Source: Bacilli bacterium (lineage in GTDB: Bacteria > Bacillota_I > Bacilli_A > RF39 > UBA660). Taken from it: a DNA stretch of 64,000 bases. The stretch lies in the NCBI GenBank assembly GCA_051886655.1, contig JBJEYJ010000086.1, positions 38 through 64,037 of the forward strand, given 5' to 3'. Positions 55,900 to 64,000 of the stretch are shown here, piece after piece. How positions within the stretch are numbered: position 1 is the stretch's first letter; every line of letters begins with the position of its first letter. The notes under the pieces are model-generated. The model saw nothing but the letters and a program-made list of their open reading frames with translations. It searched no databases and was not told where the DNA came from. A program made the translations under genes and the position numbers.

Positions 55900-56376
55900 A
55901 TGTTATTTTACAAGTCCTATATGCCCCACTAAGTATTATGTAGGCGACTTGGTATTCCTTTCGCACTTTAAGGTATGCTGCCAGGGTTACTCAGGCTACC
56001 TTTGATATATATTAGCCTATCAAAAAAATAGTTACCAACTACAACCACGAGGAGGTTTATATCGTATGTAGTTATCTATAGATGGAAGCTTTGCTCACTG
56101 GTTTACCAACCTTTATATATAAGAGCGGCGGATGAGGAAATAATAATTTAATTTTTAGAAAGGAATTTTTACTATAACAGACCGCCGCATAATTAGGAAG
56201 GGGGGCAAAGAGTGTTTTCACCAAATCTATAAACTATCACCAAATTTCTTCGGTGAGATGAGACTCGAACTCATCTTCTCTCTTACCAATAGGATTTTAT
56301 AAGCTCTTGCCTTTTGTTCCTATCTTCAACGATTATCTCTAAACCGTCAACATTTATATTTTTCTTTTCTTTTTCT
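55900..56376 (-). ncRNA. non-coding transcript candidate of about 470 nt, driven by the module-2 promoter at 56383..56411. GC-rich hairpins and a tRNA T-arm-like element (GATGAGTTCGAGTCTCATC).
   Basis: No ORF longer than about 12 codons on the minus strand. Consensus promoter at its 5' end. Multiple stems (GCGGCGG..CCGCCGC, CTTAGTGG..CCACTAAG). Confidence 0.35.
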
Positions 56377-56382
56377 ATATAT

Positions 56383-56411
56383 ATTATATAATAATTTTTA
56401 AAAATTATCAA
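56383..56411 (-). promoter_or_regulatory. module-2 promoter (TTGATA, 17 nt, TATAAT)
   Basis: Seen directly. Confidence 0.5.
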
Positions 56412-56575
56412 TTAAATCGGCGGGAGGAGGCTTTTCACCTTACCACTCTGGGAATTATGGATTTCACAACCTTGTTTAAGCTTGATCAGCTCTAGGAGTT
56501 GGTCCTCCAAGTGTTCCATTGATTCACTTCATTTATTATCTTCACACCTATATACTTTGGCTATCCCGCTAATAT

Positions 56576-56947
56576 TTAATCCATATCTATACCTCTATAA
56601 TAATGTATTATATCACAAGAATAATCATCTCCGCTTTCACCAAATACTTTTCTTTCTTCAATATCTGATAGCTCTTCTCCTAATCTTACAAAACTATATG
56701 GTTTACCATTCTCTTGTATCTCTATTAAATAATTTTCTATATATTGCACATCTTCATTATCTTGATACCATTTAACCCAATCCCAGTATAAAATAACTAC
56801 ATTATCACTAGGATTTCTAACTTCACCATAATCTATTAAATCTATAACATCTTGCCTATTATTTATTTTTGCTCTCTCAACTAATTCCTCATAATCACTT
56901 TTTTTCATTGCTATTGCAACTTCTGATCTATATCCCATAACAATCAC
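56576..56947 (-). CDS. hypothetical protein, 123 aa
   Basis: Track ORF. Promoter at 56966..56994. Confidence 0.55.
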   Translation of the reverse strand: MIVMGYRSEVAIAMKKSDYEELVERAKINNRQDVIDLIDYGEVRNPSDNVVILYWDWVKWYQDNEDVQYIENYLIEIQENGKPYSFVRLGEELSDIEERKVFGESGDDYSCDIIHYYRGIDMD

Positions 56948-56994
56948 TTTCCTTTCTATACTTATATTATATAATATTTTTTAATAATTATCAA

Positions 56995-57201
56995 TTATCT
57001 TTTTTGTACTATTTCAAATTTATCTTCACTTTTAATAATTTCTGCATTCTCATAGTCTTCAAGTACTCTTCTTTGCATTTCATCAATAGCTCCAATTCCT
57101 TCTATAATTTCACCTGCAATTCTATCAATTACTTTCATATACATACCTTCTTTCTTTTCTTTTTCTATATATATTATATAATAATTTTTAATTATTATCA
57201 A
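56995..57201 (-). CDS. hypothetical protein, 68 aa
   Basis: Track ORF. Confidence 0.4.
   Translation of the reverse strand: MIIIKNYYIIYIEKEKKEGMYMKVIDRIAGEIIEGIGAIDEMQRRVLEDYENAEIIKSEDKFEIVQKR
57173..57201 (-). promoter_or_regulatory. module-2 promoter (TTGATA, 17 nt, TATAAT)
   Basis: Overlaps the 3' end of the upstream gene. Confidence 0.5.
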
Positions 57202-57551
57202 TAAAGAAAATAATCTTCATCATTTATAGTATAAGTATAGTTTCTTATTTTTAGTTTTTTGGCTATTGCGGCAACCGCCTTATTTAGATAAAATTTTCTT
57301 TCTTTTTCATTTTTAAATCTAGAATCGCTTTCTATGCCTAAATATAATAATAGTTCTTTACCATAGTCTGGATAATAGCATGTAAATCCATGATTTCTTA
57401 ATCTTAAATATCCTACTTGTTCATCATCTAAAAAAACATCATATTGCTCTGGACATGCATAACTAGTTAATTTCAATAAAAAAATACTTTTATTCTTTTT
57501 TCTCATCTTTATTTCCTTTCTTTGTAAAAAATACAGTATGATAATCTTCAT
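57198..57551 (-). CDS. hypothetical protein, 117 aa; ends TGA then TAA
   Basis: Track ORF. Confidence 0.5.
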   Translation of the reverse strand: MKIIILYFLQRKEIKMRKKNKSIFLLKLTSYACPEQYDVFLDDEQVGYLRLRNHGFTCYYPDYGKELLLYLGIESDSRFKNEKERKFYLNKAVAAIAKKLKIRNYTYTINDEDYFLY

Positions 57552-57735
57552 TAGAATAATAATATATCAATCCATAATCAAATTGAACTTTGTGTTTTAT
57601 GGTATCTATATTAACTAATTTATGTCCTCTAAACCAATATTCATTTTCTTTATAAAAATCTTTAACATCTTTGTAATTCTTTAATTGCTTTAGCACTCTA
57701 TATAAACTTATTCTTTCCATAAAACACACCTCCAA
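57490..57735 (-). CDS. hypothetical protein, 81 aa
   Basis: Track ORF. Overlaps the start of 57198..57551 in another frame. Confidence 0.45.
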   Translation of the reverse strand: MEVCFMERISLYRVLKQLKNYKDVKDFYKENEYWFRGHKLVNIDTIKHKVQFDYGLIYYYSNEDYHTVFFTKKGNKDEKKE

Positions 57736-58095
57736 TTAAACTAATTTATTAAAACAATTCAAATAATAATCTTGTTTTGGATCATACCTTTCTGGATCAT
57801 TATGATATTTACTCCAAAAATCAGAACGAACTATAAAATCATTTACTTCTTCATAAAATTCACTAACTAAAAACTGTGAGCTTCCCCATATCCATCCTTT
57901 TGAAAATAAAGTGTCTCTATTAGGTTCTAATCTATCTTTTAATTCATAAAGATAATAGAAACAACCTTCATAATCTCCTCTTTGTCTAGCAACTTGTTTA
58001 ATCCAGAATCTATCCCCAAAAACATCTTTTTTTAACTCTCTATTTAATCGTTTTGCTATTCTGTTTATTTTTTTATCAACTTTATTTTTAGCCAT
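57736..58095 (-). CDS. hypothetical protein, 119 aa
   Basis: Track ORF. AAGGAGTG RBS. Promoter at 58129..58157. Confidence 0.55.
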   Translation of the reverse strand: MAKNKVDKKINRIAKRLNRELKKDVFGDRFWIKQVARQRGDYEGCFYYLYELKDRLEPNRDTLFSKGWIWGSSQFLVSEFYEEVNDFIVRSDFWSKYHNDPERYDPKQDYYLNCFNKLV

Positions 58096-58165
58096 AGTTA
58101 AACACTCCTTTCTTTATTTTCTATATATATTATATAATAAATTTTATAAATTATCAATAAATATA

Positions 58166-58456
58166 TTATTCAAGAAACAAATATCCTATTTCTAATGGGA
58201 TAATTTTTAAATGATATGCATAACATTCATTTATATTTTTAGGGGCTATAAAAGATTCAACTACAGCCCCTATTTCTTTTATTACATCAAAAGTGTTATC
58301 TTTTTCATATGGAAATATAGTAGCTTTAAGAGCGGCAACCGCATCTTCATAAGTATTATATGGACTTATAAAAGATTGTCTTATAATTTCATTTGAATTT
58401 TCTAAAAACATATAACATTCTGCTTTTATACCAAATACATTAAGCATTCTCATCAT
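58166..58456 (-). CDS. hypothetical protein, 96 aa
   Basis: Track ORF. Overlaps the upstream gene by 17 nt. Confidence 0.5.
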   Translation of the reverse strand: MMRMLNVFGIKAECYMFLENSNEIIRQSFISPYNTYEDAVAALKATIFPYEKDNTFDVIKEIGAVVESFIAPKNINECYAYHLKIIPLEIGYLFLE

Positions 58457-59990
58457 CCTCCATATTTGTAATTATATTCCAATTACATAAATAATTTGTT
58501 GCATATGGAGAAATTGTTGTAGTAATTCCTTCTGTTAATGCTGACTCCACTTGTTTATCTACTATTTTTTTAATCTCAGTATTAAGATCTTCAGTAGTAA
58601 AATGTGTAACTAAGCTATCATTATTTTCTGATTCTTCTTCCATTTCCTCTTTATATCTAGGACAATCCTTACAATGGTCATAATTACTACACATAACTCC
58701 ATCATCTATATAACGAAAACTTGGATTATCACATTCTTCATTATCTAAATCACATTGAGGATGTTCATCTTGCCAATATCCACAATCAGAGCAATTACAT
58801 TCACAACATGAAGTACATCCTTCTCTACAATAGTCATCAGCTAAATCACACCAATATCTCATATTAAAATGTTCTGCTACAAACCCTTCTCCATTATAAT
58901 CTGCTTCTGCTTCATCATCTGGATATGTTGGTGGTAAAAAGTCTCCACATCCGCAAGGACATAGTATTTCTTCATTAAATACTGTAAATTCTGTTTCATT
59001 TTTTGTATCTTTTAAAGTCCAAATTCTTTCATCAGAATACTCAGAATATCCATATCCATGTTCTCTATAACAATTGCAATCCCAATTCTTTTTCCATTTA
59101 TTTTCTTTATTATGACATTTTGCTACTACTTCTTCAACTATTTCTCTTAATTCTTTTTCAAAATCTTCATCATAATCTTTGCCAGGATATATACAGTTGA
59201 AATGTATTGATGTCATATTTGGAGATAAAGCAATCCATTGACGCATTCTTTTATATCTTATATTTTTAAATTTATAAGTATCATATAAATCAAATTTTCC
59301 TTCATTATTCCAAACATAAGTAATTAAGCTAGCATTATCTAAAACTGCGGCAAGGCATCCATCTGCATGAGAGTCATCTCTATTTAATTCTAGTCTATAA
59401 CAAGAGGTCCAATCATATGGATTTTCTGAAGCTAACATCATATCAACTGGATCGATAGAAATAGTGTAATTAGCTTTTACCTTTTGATTTTCAAAAATCT
59501 TTCCTATTTCTGTTACTAACTCATCTGGTGCATTTAAACAAGATTTAAAAAAATGTGTAATTGAACTTCCATCTAATCTATATTGTGGAAATAGATCTTT
59601 TATAGCGTCTCTTACTTCATATCCAATTTTGTATGCTTCTATTTTATTATTTATTTGTCTTGTGAAACCTTTTAACCAAAGTGCAAAAATTGGAAATTTT
59701 TTAGAAATATCATTTATTTCATTTTCAATATCTTGTCTTTGTCTATTATATTCAAAAGCAACATCTAATCTAGTTTTATTACCAAGCATTTTATAAAAAT
59801 TATATTTATTTGTAGCCCAAGTAATTAAATAACTTTTTATTACTGCATCTGGAATTTTAGAAATATTTAATCCAGAAAATTGAGCTATACATTTTGTAAA
59901 ATCTGGAATATTAACTTCCTTTAACATTGATATATATTTTTCTGATTCCGTTCCTTCCATATTATCTATTAAATCACAAGTTTTTAACAT
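58440..59990 (-). CDS. large hypothetical protein, 516 aa, with a Cys-rich (about 25 Cys) acidic C-terminal region
   Basis: Uninterrupted ORF. CPCGCGD...CREGCTSCCECNCSDCGYW...CDNPS...CKDCPRY cluster. Promoter at 60039..60067. Confidence 0.6.
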   Translation of the reverse strand: MLKTCDLIDNMEGTESEKYISMLKEVNIPDFTKCIAQFSGLNISKIPDAVIKSYLITWATNKYNFYKMLGNKTRLDVAFEYNRQRQDIENEINDISKKFPIFALWLKGFTRQINNKIEAYKIGYEVRDAIKDLFPQYRLDGSSITHFFKSCLNAPDELVTEIGKIFENQKVKANYTISIDPVDMMLASENPYDWTSCYRLELNRDDSHADGCLAAVLDNASLITYVWNNEGKFDLYDTYKFKNIRYKRMRQWIALSPNMTSIHFNCIYPGKDYDEDFEKELREIVEEVVAKCHNKENKWKKNWDCNCYREHGYGYSEYSDERIWTLKDTKNETEFTVFNEEILCPCGCGDFLPPTYPDDEAEADYNGEGFVAEHFNMRYWCDLADDYCREGCTSCCECNCSDCGYWQDEHPQCDLDNEECDNPSFRYIDDGVMCSNYDHCKDCPRYKEEMEEESENNDSLVTHFTTEDLNTEIKKIVDKQVESALTEGITTTISPYATNYLCNWNIITNMEDDENA

Positions 59991-60077
59991 AATACCGACC
60001 TCCTACAATCTTATTATATTATTTTCTTTTCATATATATATTATATAATAATTTTAATAAAAAATCAAAAAGGATTA

Positions 60078-60461
60078 TTAATCCTTTTTCAAGTCTAATA
60101 ATCCAAATTTAGTATTTGTATGTCCCCATATAAATTCATTAAAATCATTATGCGAAAAATCTATCTGATTTAAATCTATTAACAATAATACTTGAGGTTG
60201 TATATGTTCTACACCAGTAACTTTCCCAGTTTCATATTCGTATTCACTTATTGGGCGGCGGCTAGTGATATCAAGCATATAAAATCCAGTTCTTTTTTCT
60301 TCTAATTTAGTTATATCATATCCAGAATCTTCTACTACTGTTTTTAAAGTTTCATTTCCATAAAACCCAACTTCTGTACTAAAATAATATCTTTCATGAT
60401 ATACTAATATTGCTATCCAATTACTTTTTTTATTTATTTCCAATATTTGCAACCTCCCCAT
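60078..60461 (-). CDS. hypothetical protein, 127 aa
   Basis: Track ORF. TAA stop. Confidence 0.5.
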   Translation of the reverse strand: MGRLQILEINKKSNWIAILVYHERYYFSTEVGFYGNETLKTVVEDSGYDITKLEEKRTGFYMLDITSRRPISEYEYETGKVTGVEHIQPQVLLLIDLNQIDFSHNDFNEFIWGHTNTKFGLLDLKKD

Positions 60462-60667
60462 TCTTTTTCTTCATTTATAAGATTTCCATATATTTGTTGT
60501 AATTTATAAAATTCTTCATCAGAAATTAATTCCATTTCATCATTAAAATTTGTATCTTGAAATTTTTGAATAATCTCAGAAAAAATCTGTTCTATTCTTT
60601 GTAATTCTTTTCTTCTTTCTGTTCTTCTAAAATCACAATAAATAATATTATTTTTCATAGCATCCAC
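60434..60667 (-). CDS. hypothetical protein, 77 aa
   Basis: Track ORF. Promoter at 60705..60733. Confidence 0.45.
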   Translation of the reverse strand: MDAMKNNIIYCDFRRTERRKELQRIEQIFSEIIQKFQDTNFNDEMELISDEEFYKLQQIYGNLINEEKEWGGCKYWK

Positions 60668-60756
60668 CCCTTAAAATAAATGTTTAATATTTTATTACAT
60701 TTATATTATATAATAATTTTATATAATAATCAATAAAAAATAGAAGCATTTAGCTT

Positions 60757-62301
60757 CTATTTTATTACTTCATATCTTTCACTCATTAGTTTTTCATACA
60801 TTATATCTATTCCTTTTACTCCACGAATTATTTGTTCAAATAAAACTGGTGTGCATCCTGATACAAATGATACATTTGGTCCAGAATCAAGAATAGTATT
60901 ATCTCTCGCATCAACATTCCAATATACTAGATGTGGAAGTATTAAACCATCTTCCGCCCATTCTTGTCTTATTTTTTCCATTTCTGTTGCTGTATTTTCT
61001 TTTGTCCAACAATCGTCATCATCATCATACCAATATCTTCCTGAACCAGATCCACTATCTATTTCCATATCAGAAATTACTATAAGTGTAGTAGGAATGT
61101 CTTCTTCTCTTATGCCATCTTTAAGTATCATATTTTTTAGCATATTAAACACTGCTGGTAAATTAGTATTTTCACATTGATTTCTTCTATATACTCTTGC
61201 TACTTTATCTGCAAAATCTACTCCTTCAAATTTTATTAATTCAGGATGTTGTGAGAATGTAATAAAATAATCTTTGAAAGGACCGCCTATTCTTTCAGCG
61301 CAGTACATACCTAATGATAATGCAACATCTATTGGCTTAGTAGAACCATTATAAGAATCCATACTTCCAGATGTATCTATAATTGTCATTATTTTACAAG
61401 CCTCTCCTTTTAAATAATCTGGTAAATTTTCCCAATATTTTTCTACCATTTTTCTATCAGTGTCAGACATATCTATATCATCATTCCAATATCCAATATT
61501 ATTAGTTACTTTATTTACTACTTCATATGGGAATAAAGTCTTAGCATTTACTTTTGTATCTTTATCTTTTGCAAAAGTTTCATATTTTTTAGCAATTATA
61601 TCTCTTCTTGCAAAAGCATTCTTATATATTAATCCAGCTTTTGAAGGAATTTTGTCAAATTCAATTTCGTCCCATCTATTTTCACTCATTAATCTTTCAA
61701 CAATATTTATTTTCTTTCTTAATATAGCTAATACTTTTCTATATTGTTTATGAGTCATCTTTAAGTATTTTCTTACTTTATTTGCCATTTTTTTAGTGTG
61801 ATGTGCAGAAGCATTTTCAGATGGTAACCATTTTCCTAAAAGTGAAGGTGTTTTGCTTTCTAAGTCAAGAGCTAATTGTTCTCTTACTAAAAATAAAGCA
61901 TAATCTTCCATTTTAGTTCCATCAGTTGCATATAATAAATCATCCCATCTGCCATACTCAGATAATTGATTTAAGTTTCTTTTTGCGGCATCTGGATAAT
62001 TATCGCATAACCATTTAAAACATATACGGAAAAATCTTCTTTCGCCTTGACCTCCACGAATATCTCTTAAATAAAATAAACATTTTAAAGCCATAATTTC
62101 ATCTTCTTCTATTGCATTTTTAAACAATAGAATGCAATCAGCTTCACTTCTTTTTCTATAAGCTCCACCAAGAGCAAACATATCATATACAGCTGAGTTA
62201 GTTGCTTTATGAGCTACTGCTCCATTTTCTGTATATTTATAATTTGTTATGTCTTTTAAACTGTTTATAAAACTATTACAATTTTCAAACATTTTTTCCA
62301 A
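60757..62301 (-). CDS. TROVE-like (DUF2828-type) plus von Willebrand A domain protein, 514 aa; Ro60-like architecture
   Basis: C-terminal vWA MIDAS motif IIDTSGSMDS. The N-terminal ~300-aa region preceding the vWA MIDAS motif matches the domain order of Ro60/TROVE and DUF2828 proteins (TROVE-like assignment by architecture only; HHpred needed). TAG stop followed by a hairpin terminator. Promoter at 62356..62384. Confidence 0.55.
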   Translation of the reverse strand: MEKMFENCNSFINSLKDITNYKYTENGAVAHKATNSAVYDMFALGGAYRKRSEADCILLFKNAIEEDEIMALKCLFYLRDIRGGQGERRFFRICFKWLCDNYPDAAKRNLNQLSEYGRWDDLLYATDGTKMEDYALFLVREQLALDLESKTPSLLGKWLPSENASAHHTKKMANKVRKYLKMTHKQYRKVLAILRKKINIVERLMSENRWDEIEFDKIPSKAGLIYKNAFARRDIIAKKYETFAKDKDTKVNAKTLFPYEVVNKVTNNIGYWNDDIDMSDTDRKMVEKYWENLPDYLKGEACKIMTIIDTSGSMDSYNGSTKPIDVALSLGMYCAERIGGPFKDYFITFSQHPELIKFEGVDFADKVARVYRRNQCENTNLPAVFNMLKNMILKDGIREEDIPTTLIVISDMEIDSGSGSGRYWYDDDDDCWTKENTATEMEKIRQEWAEDGLILPHLVYWNVDARDNTILDSGPNVSFVSGCTPVLFEQIIRGVKGIDIMYEKLMSERYEVIK

Positions 62302-62384
62302 TTCAAATCACCTAATTATCTCTGTCGAGATACCTTTCTTATTTTTTCTATATATATTATATCAAAAATTTTTATAGAAATCAA

Positions 62385-62957
62385 TTAGATTTCATATTCT
62401 TCATCAATTAATTGTTGTAATTCTCTCTTTTTCATCGCACGAGTTGGATTTTTTAATCTTTGATATTTTTCTGATTTTTGTTTTTCTTTTCTTTTTTCTT
62501 CGATGAAAGCATTTTGTTCTGGTGTATTATCATATAATGGTATTACTAAATATTCTGCGGCGGTCGTAGGTTCAATGCTTGTTGAATCAAGAATCTCTCT
62601 ATTTCCGCGCATTGCAATTATATTTATTTTAAATTCTCTTAACATATCATTTATTTTTTCTTCATCATCTCTTGGTAAACTATGTGCGTATTGATGTGCA
62701 ATCTCAGCAATAACTGCACAATTCTCTTCTGTTGTTTCTCCACCTTCACTAATGTGCTTTAAATGATGAACTGTTAATTGATAACTAATAGCTTTACCCT
62801 TATATCTTTTTTCTTCAACAAAAATCCTAAAAGTTTTTATACCACCCATAGCTTCTATTCTTTCTGCAATATGAGCTCTCTCAAAAAAGCACCCTTTTCC
62901 ATAGATAGTTTGTAATTTTCTTTTCATTTTTTGATTTTTTGCATTATTTTTACTCAT
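62385..62957 (-). CDS. HNH endonuclease, 190 aa
   Basis: LTVHHLKHISEGGETTEENCAVIAEIAHQYAH (an H-N-H motif). Promoter at 62996..63024. Confidence 0.7.
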   Translation of the reverse strand: MSKNNAKNQKMKRKLQTIYGKGCFFERAHIAERIEAMGGIKTFRIFVEEKRYKGKAISYQLTVHHLKHISEGGETTEENCAVIAEIAHQYAHSLPRDDEEKINDMLREFKINIIAMRGNREILDSTSIEPTTAAEYLVIPLYDNTPEQNAFIEEKRKEKQKSEKYQRLKNPTRAMKKRELQQLIDEEYEI

Positions 62958-63118
62958 TAGTTATCAAATCCTTTCTTTTTAATAACTTTATTTATATTAT
63001 ATAAAATTTTATTTTAAAAATCAATCTATATACTTATAGGTCAAGTTACAAAAATCTTATAATAGATTTTTTCATAGTTTTTTAGTGAATAAAAAATAAG
63101 AAAGGCAGGTATTATTTT

Positions 63119-63301
63119 ATGTATAGATTATATAAACAAAATGACGATATTCAAGCTTATGTTACTGAATATGTTGCAGATACAGATGCTGATGTTGCTG
63201 ACCTACCTACCAATGTTTATCCAGGAAGTACTTGTATAGTTGCAGATAGCGCAAGTGTATATATATTAAATGCTTCTAAACAATGGATAAAATTAGGATA
63301 A
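63119..63301 (+). CDS. hypothetical protein, 60 aa
   Basis: Track ORF. Start of a new rightward unit. Confidence 0.4.
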   Translation: MYRLYKQNDDIQAYVTEYVADTDADVADLPTNVYPGSTCIVADSASVYILNASKQWIKLG

Positions 63302-63316
63302 AAGGAGGAATGAACC

Positions 63317-63787
63317 GTGGATGTAGTAGTATATGCATTATGTAAAAAAATGATTAGTCAAGGCATTTCTGTTATTGGCAATATTTTTACTTTAAAAGGT
63401 TCTGTTTCTTCTAAAGATAACTTACCAACTACTGGAAATAATAATGGTGATATATATCTAGTAGGACCAAAAACTGATGGTTCTTATGATGAATATTATT
63501 GGATTGATCCAGGTAGATGGGAACTCATGGGAACTACTTCTACAGATTTAGGTGAATGTATTACAATTAATACATTATATGCTGGTGAAGATGGAACTGG
63601 AACTATTGAAAATCCTGCTTCTAATACAATTTTAGCAATAGTAAATTCAAAAAATCGTGAAAATTTTTTAGCAAAAGATAATGAAATTGAATATACTCCT
63701 ACAGAAAATTATCATCCAGCAACTAAAAAATATGTAGATGATATAAGGGCAGAAATAGAAAAAAATAATGAGTTAGAAATCATTTAG
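63317..63787 (+). CDS. hypothetical protein, 156 aa
   Basis: Track ORF. GGAGG RBS. Confidence 0.55.
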   Translation: MDVVVYALCKKMISQGISVIGNIFTLKGSVSSKDNLPTTGNNNGDIYLVGPKTDGSYDEYYWIDPGRWELMGTTSTDLGECITINTLYAGEDGTGTIENPASNTILAIVNSKNRENFLAKDNEIEYTPTENYHPATKKYVDDIRAEIEKNNELEII

Positions 63788-63808
63788 AAAGGAGAAAAAT
63801 CAAATAAT

Positions 63809-64000
63809 ATGAAATTTATTGCAACAACTAGTGATAAAATAGATAGTATATCTGTTGTATCTGGACAATTGATTTTCTCCAGAGATGATAGAGTTATTTA
63901 TCTAGATACCGATGTCAGAACATCATTTCAGCAAATCATTACTCTTATAAATGATGAGCAAAGATTGGCAATTCAATTTCCTTTACAAGGATATTATTTT
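63809..64000 (+). CDS. hypothetical protein, 3' end truncated by the window
   Basis: GGAGAAAAATCAAATAAT then ATG at 63809, open to the window end. Confidence 0.45.
   Translation, partial: MKFIATTSDKIDSISVVSGQLIFSRDDRVIYLDTDVRTSFQQIITLINDEQRLAIQFPLQGYYF

Noticed and set aside
56236-56330. Possible suppressor tRNA: minus-strand GATGAG-TTCGAGT-CTCATC T-arm followed by CTCACCG
   Set aside because: No complementary 5' acceptor strand (CGGTGAG) and no D or anticodon arms could be found by hand folding. Kept only as a tRNA-like fragment within an ncRNA candidate.
1304-61753. Numerous antisense or alternate-frame track ORFs
   Set aside because: Examples are 1304..1519, 6721..6924, 12602..12859, 16607..16846, 17558..17773, 19737..19937, 19947..20174, 24462..24692, 29249..29566, 35373..35594, 35672..35935, 39212..39433, 41583..41870, 43203..43421, 44653..44913, 46021..46305, 46782..46967, 47294..47635, 50115..50363, 50592..50813, 51148..51360, 52363..52602, 52587..53021, 54667..54894, 55140..55328, 55533..55721, 56482..56775, 57004..57204, 58211..58396, 59003..59200, 60851..61180, 61460..61753 and 62503..62694. 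They are low-complexity, F/L/I/Y-rich, lack an RBS, and overlap well-supported genes on the opposite strand or promoter cassettes. Typical AT-rich artefacts.

Overview
This 64 kb window is AT-rich (about 28 % GC) and looks like part of a large tailed-phage genome or prophage of a low-GC Gram-positive (Firmicutes-type) host. Strong AGGAGG ribosome-binding sites, sigma-A-type promoters and LexA 'Cheo' boxes support that host assignment. Four transcriptional blocks are visible.

- (1) Positions 1 to 42573, minus strand, hold a contiguous packaging, head and tail module (TerS-like, TerL, portal, scaffold, major capsid, neck proteins, major tail protein, a 2801-aa tape measure protein, large tail proteins, endolysin). 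In this block nearly every ORF in the six-frame track is cut at TGA. The real stops are TAA or TAG followed by an RBS and ATG, so TGA is read as a sense codon here, most likely Trp.
- (2) Positions 42689 to 52474, plus strand, hold an early region of about 15 small genes in the standard code with no in-frame TGA. Each has its own near-identical consensus promoter cassette (A/T tract, then TTGACA-17-TATAAT), and the intergenic regions are packed with repeated operator-like motifs.
- (3) Positions 52798 to 62957, minus strand, hold about 16 small genes, each with a second conserved promoter cassette (TTGATA/TTGATT-17-TATAAT), resembling a host-takeover module. Notable genes here are a Ro60/TROVE-like vWA protein, an HNH nuclease and a Cys-rich 516-aa protein. 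Several GC-rich structured non-coding islands lie between them.
- (4) From 63119 to the window end the genes are on the plus strand again.

The intergenic operator-like motifs in the early region are Gram-positive LexA 'Cheo' boxes (GAAC-N4-GTTC) and a GTTTACATAAT family.

The most interesting system-level observations are:
- stop-codon recoding restricted to the late module;
- LexA-box control of the early region next to an ImmA/IrrE-like protease;
- a Ro60-like protein next to candidate structured RNAs;
- an inverted duplicated two-gene cassette around a short-repeat array.

Coordinates of genes that I assembled by reading through TGA codons are approximate to within a few nucleotides. Antisense ORFs in the supplied track are low-complexity artefacts.
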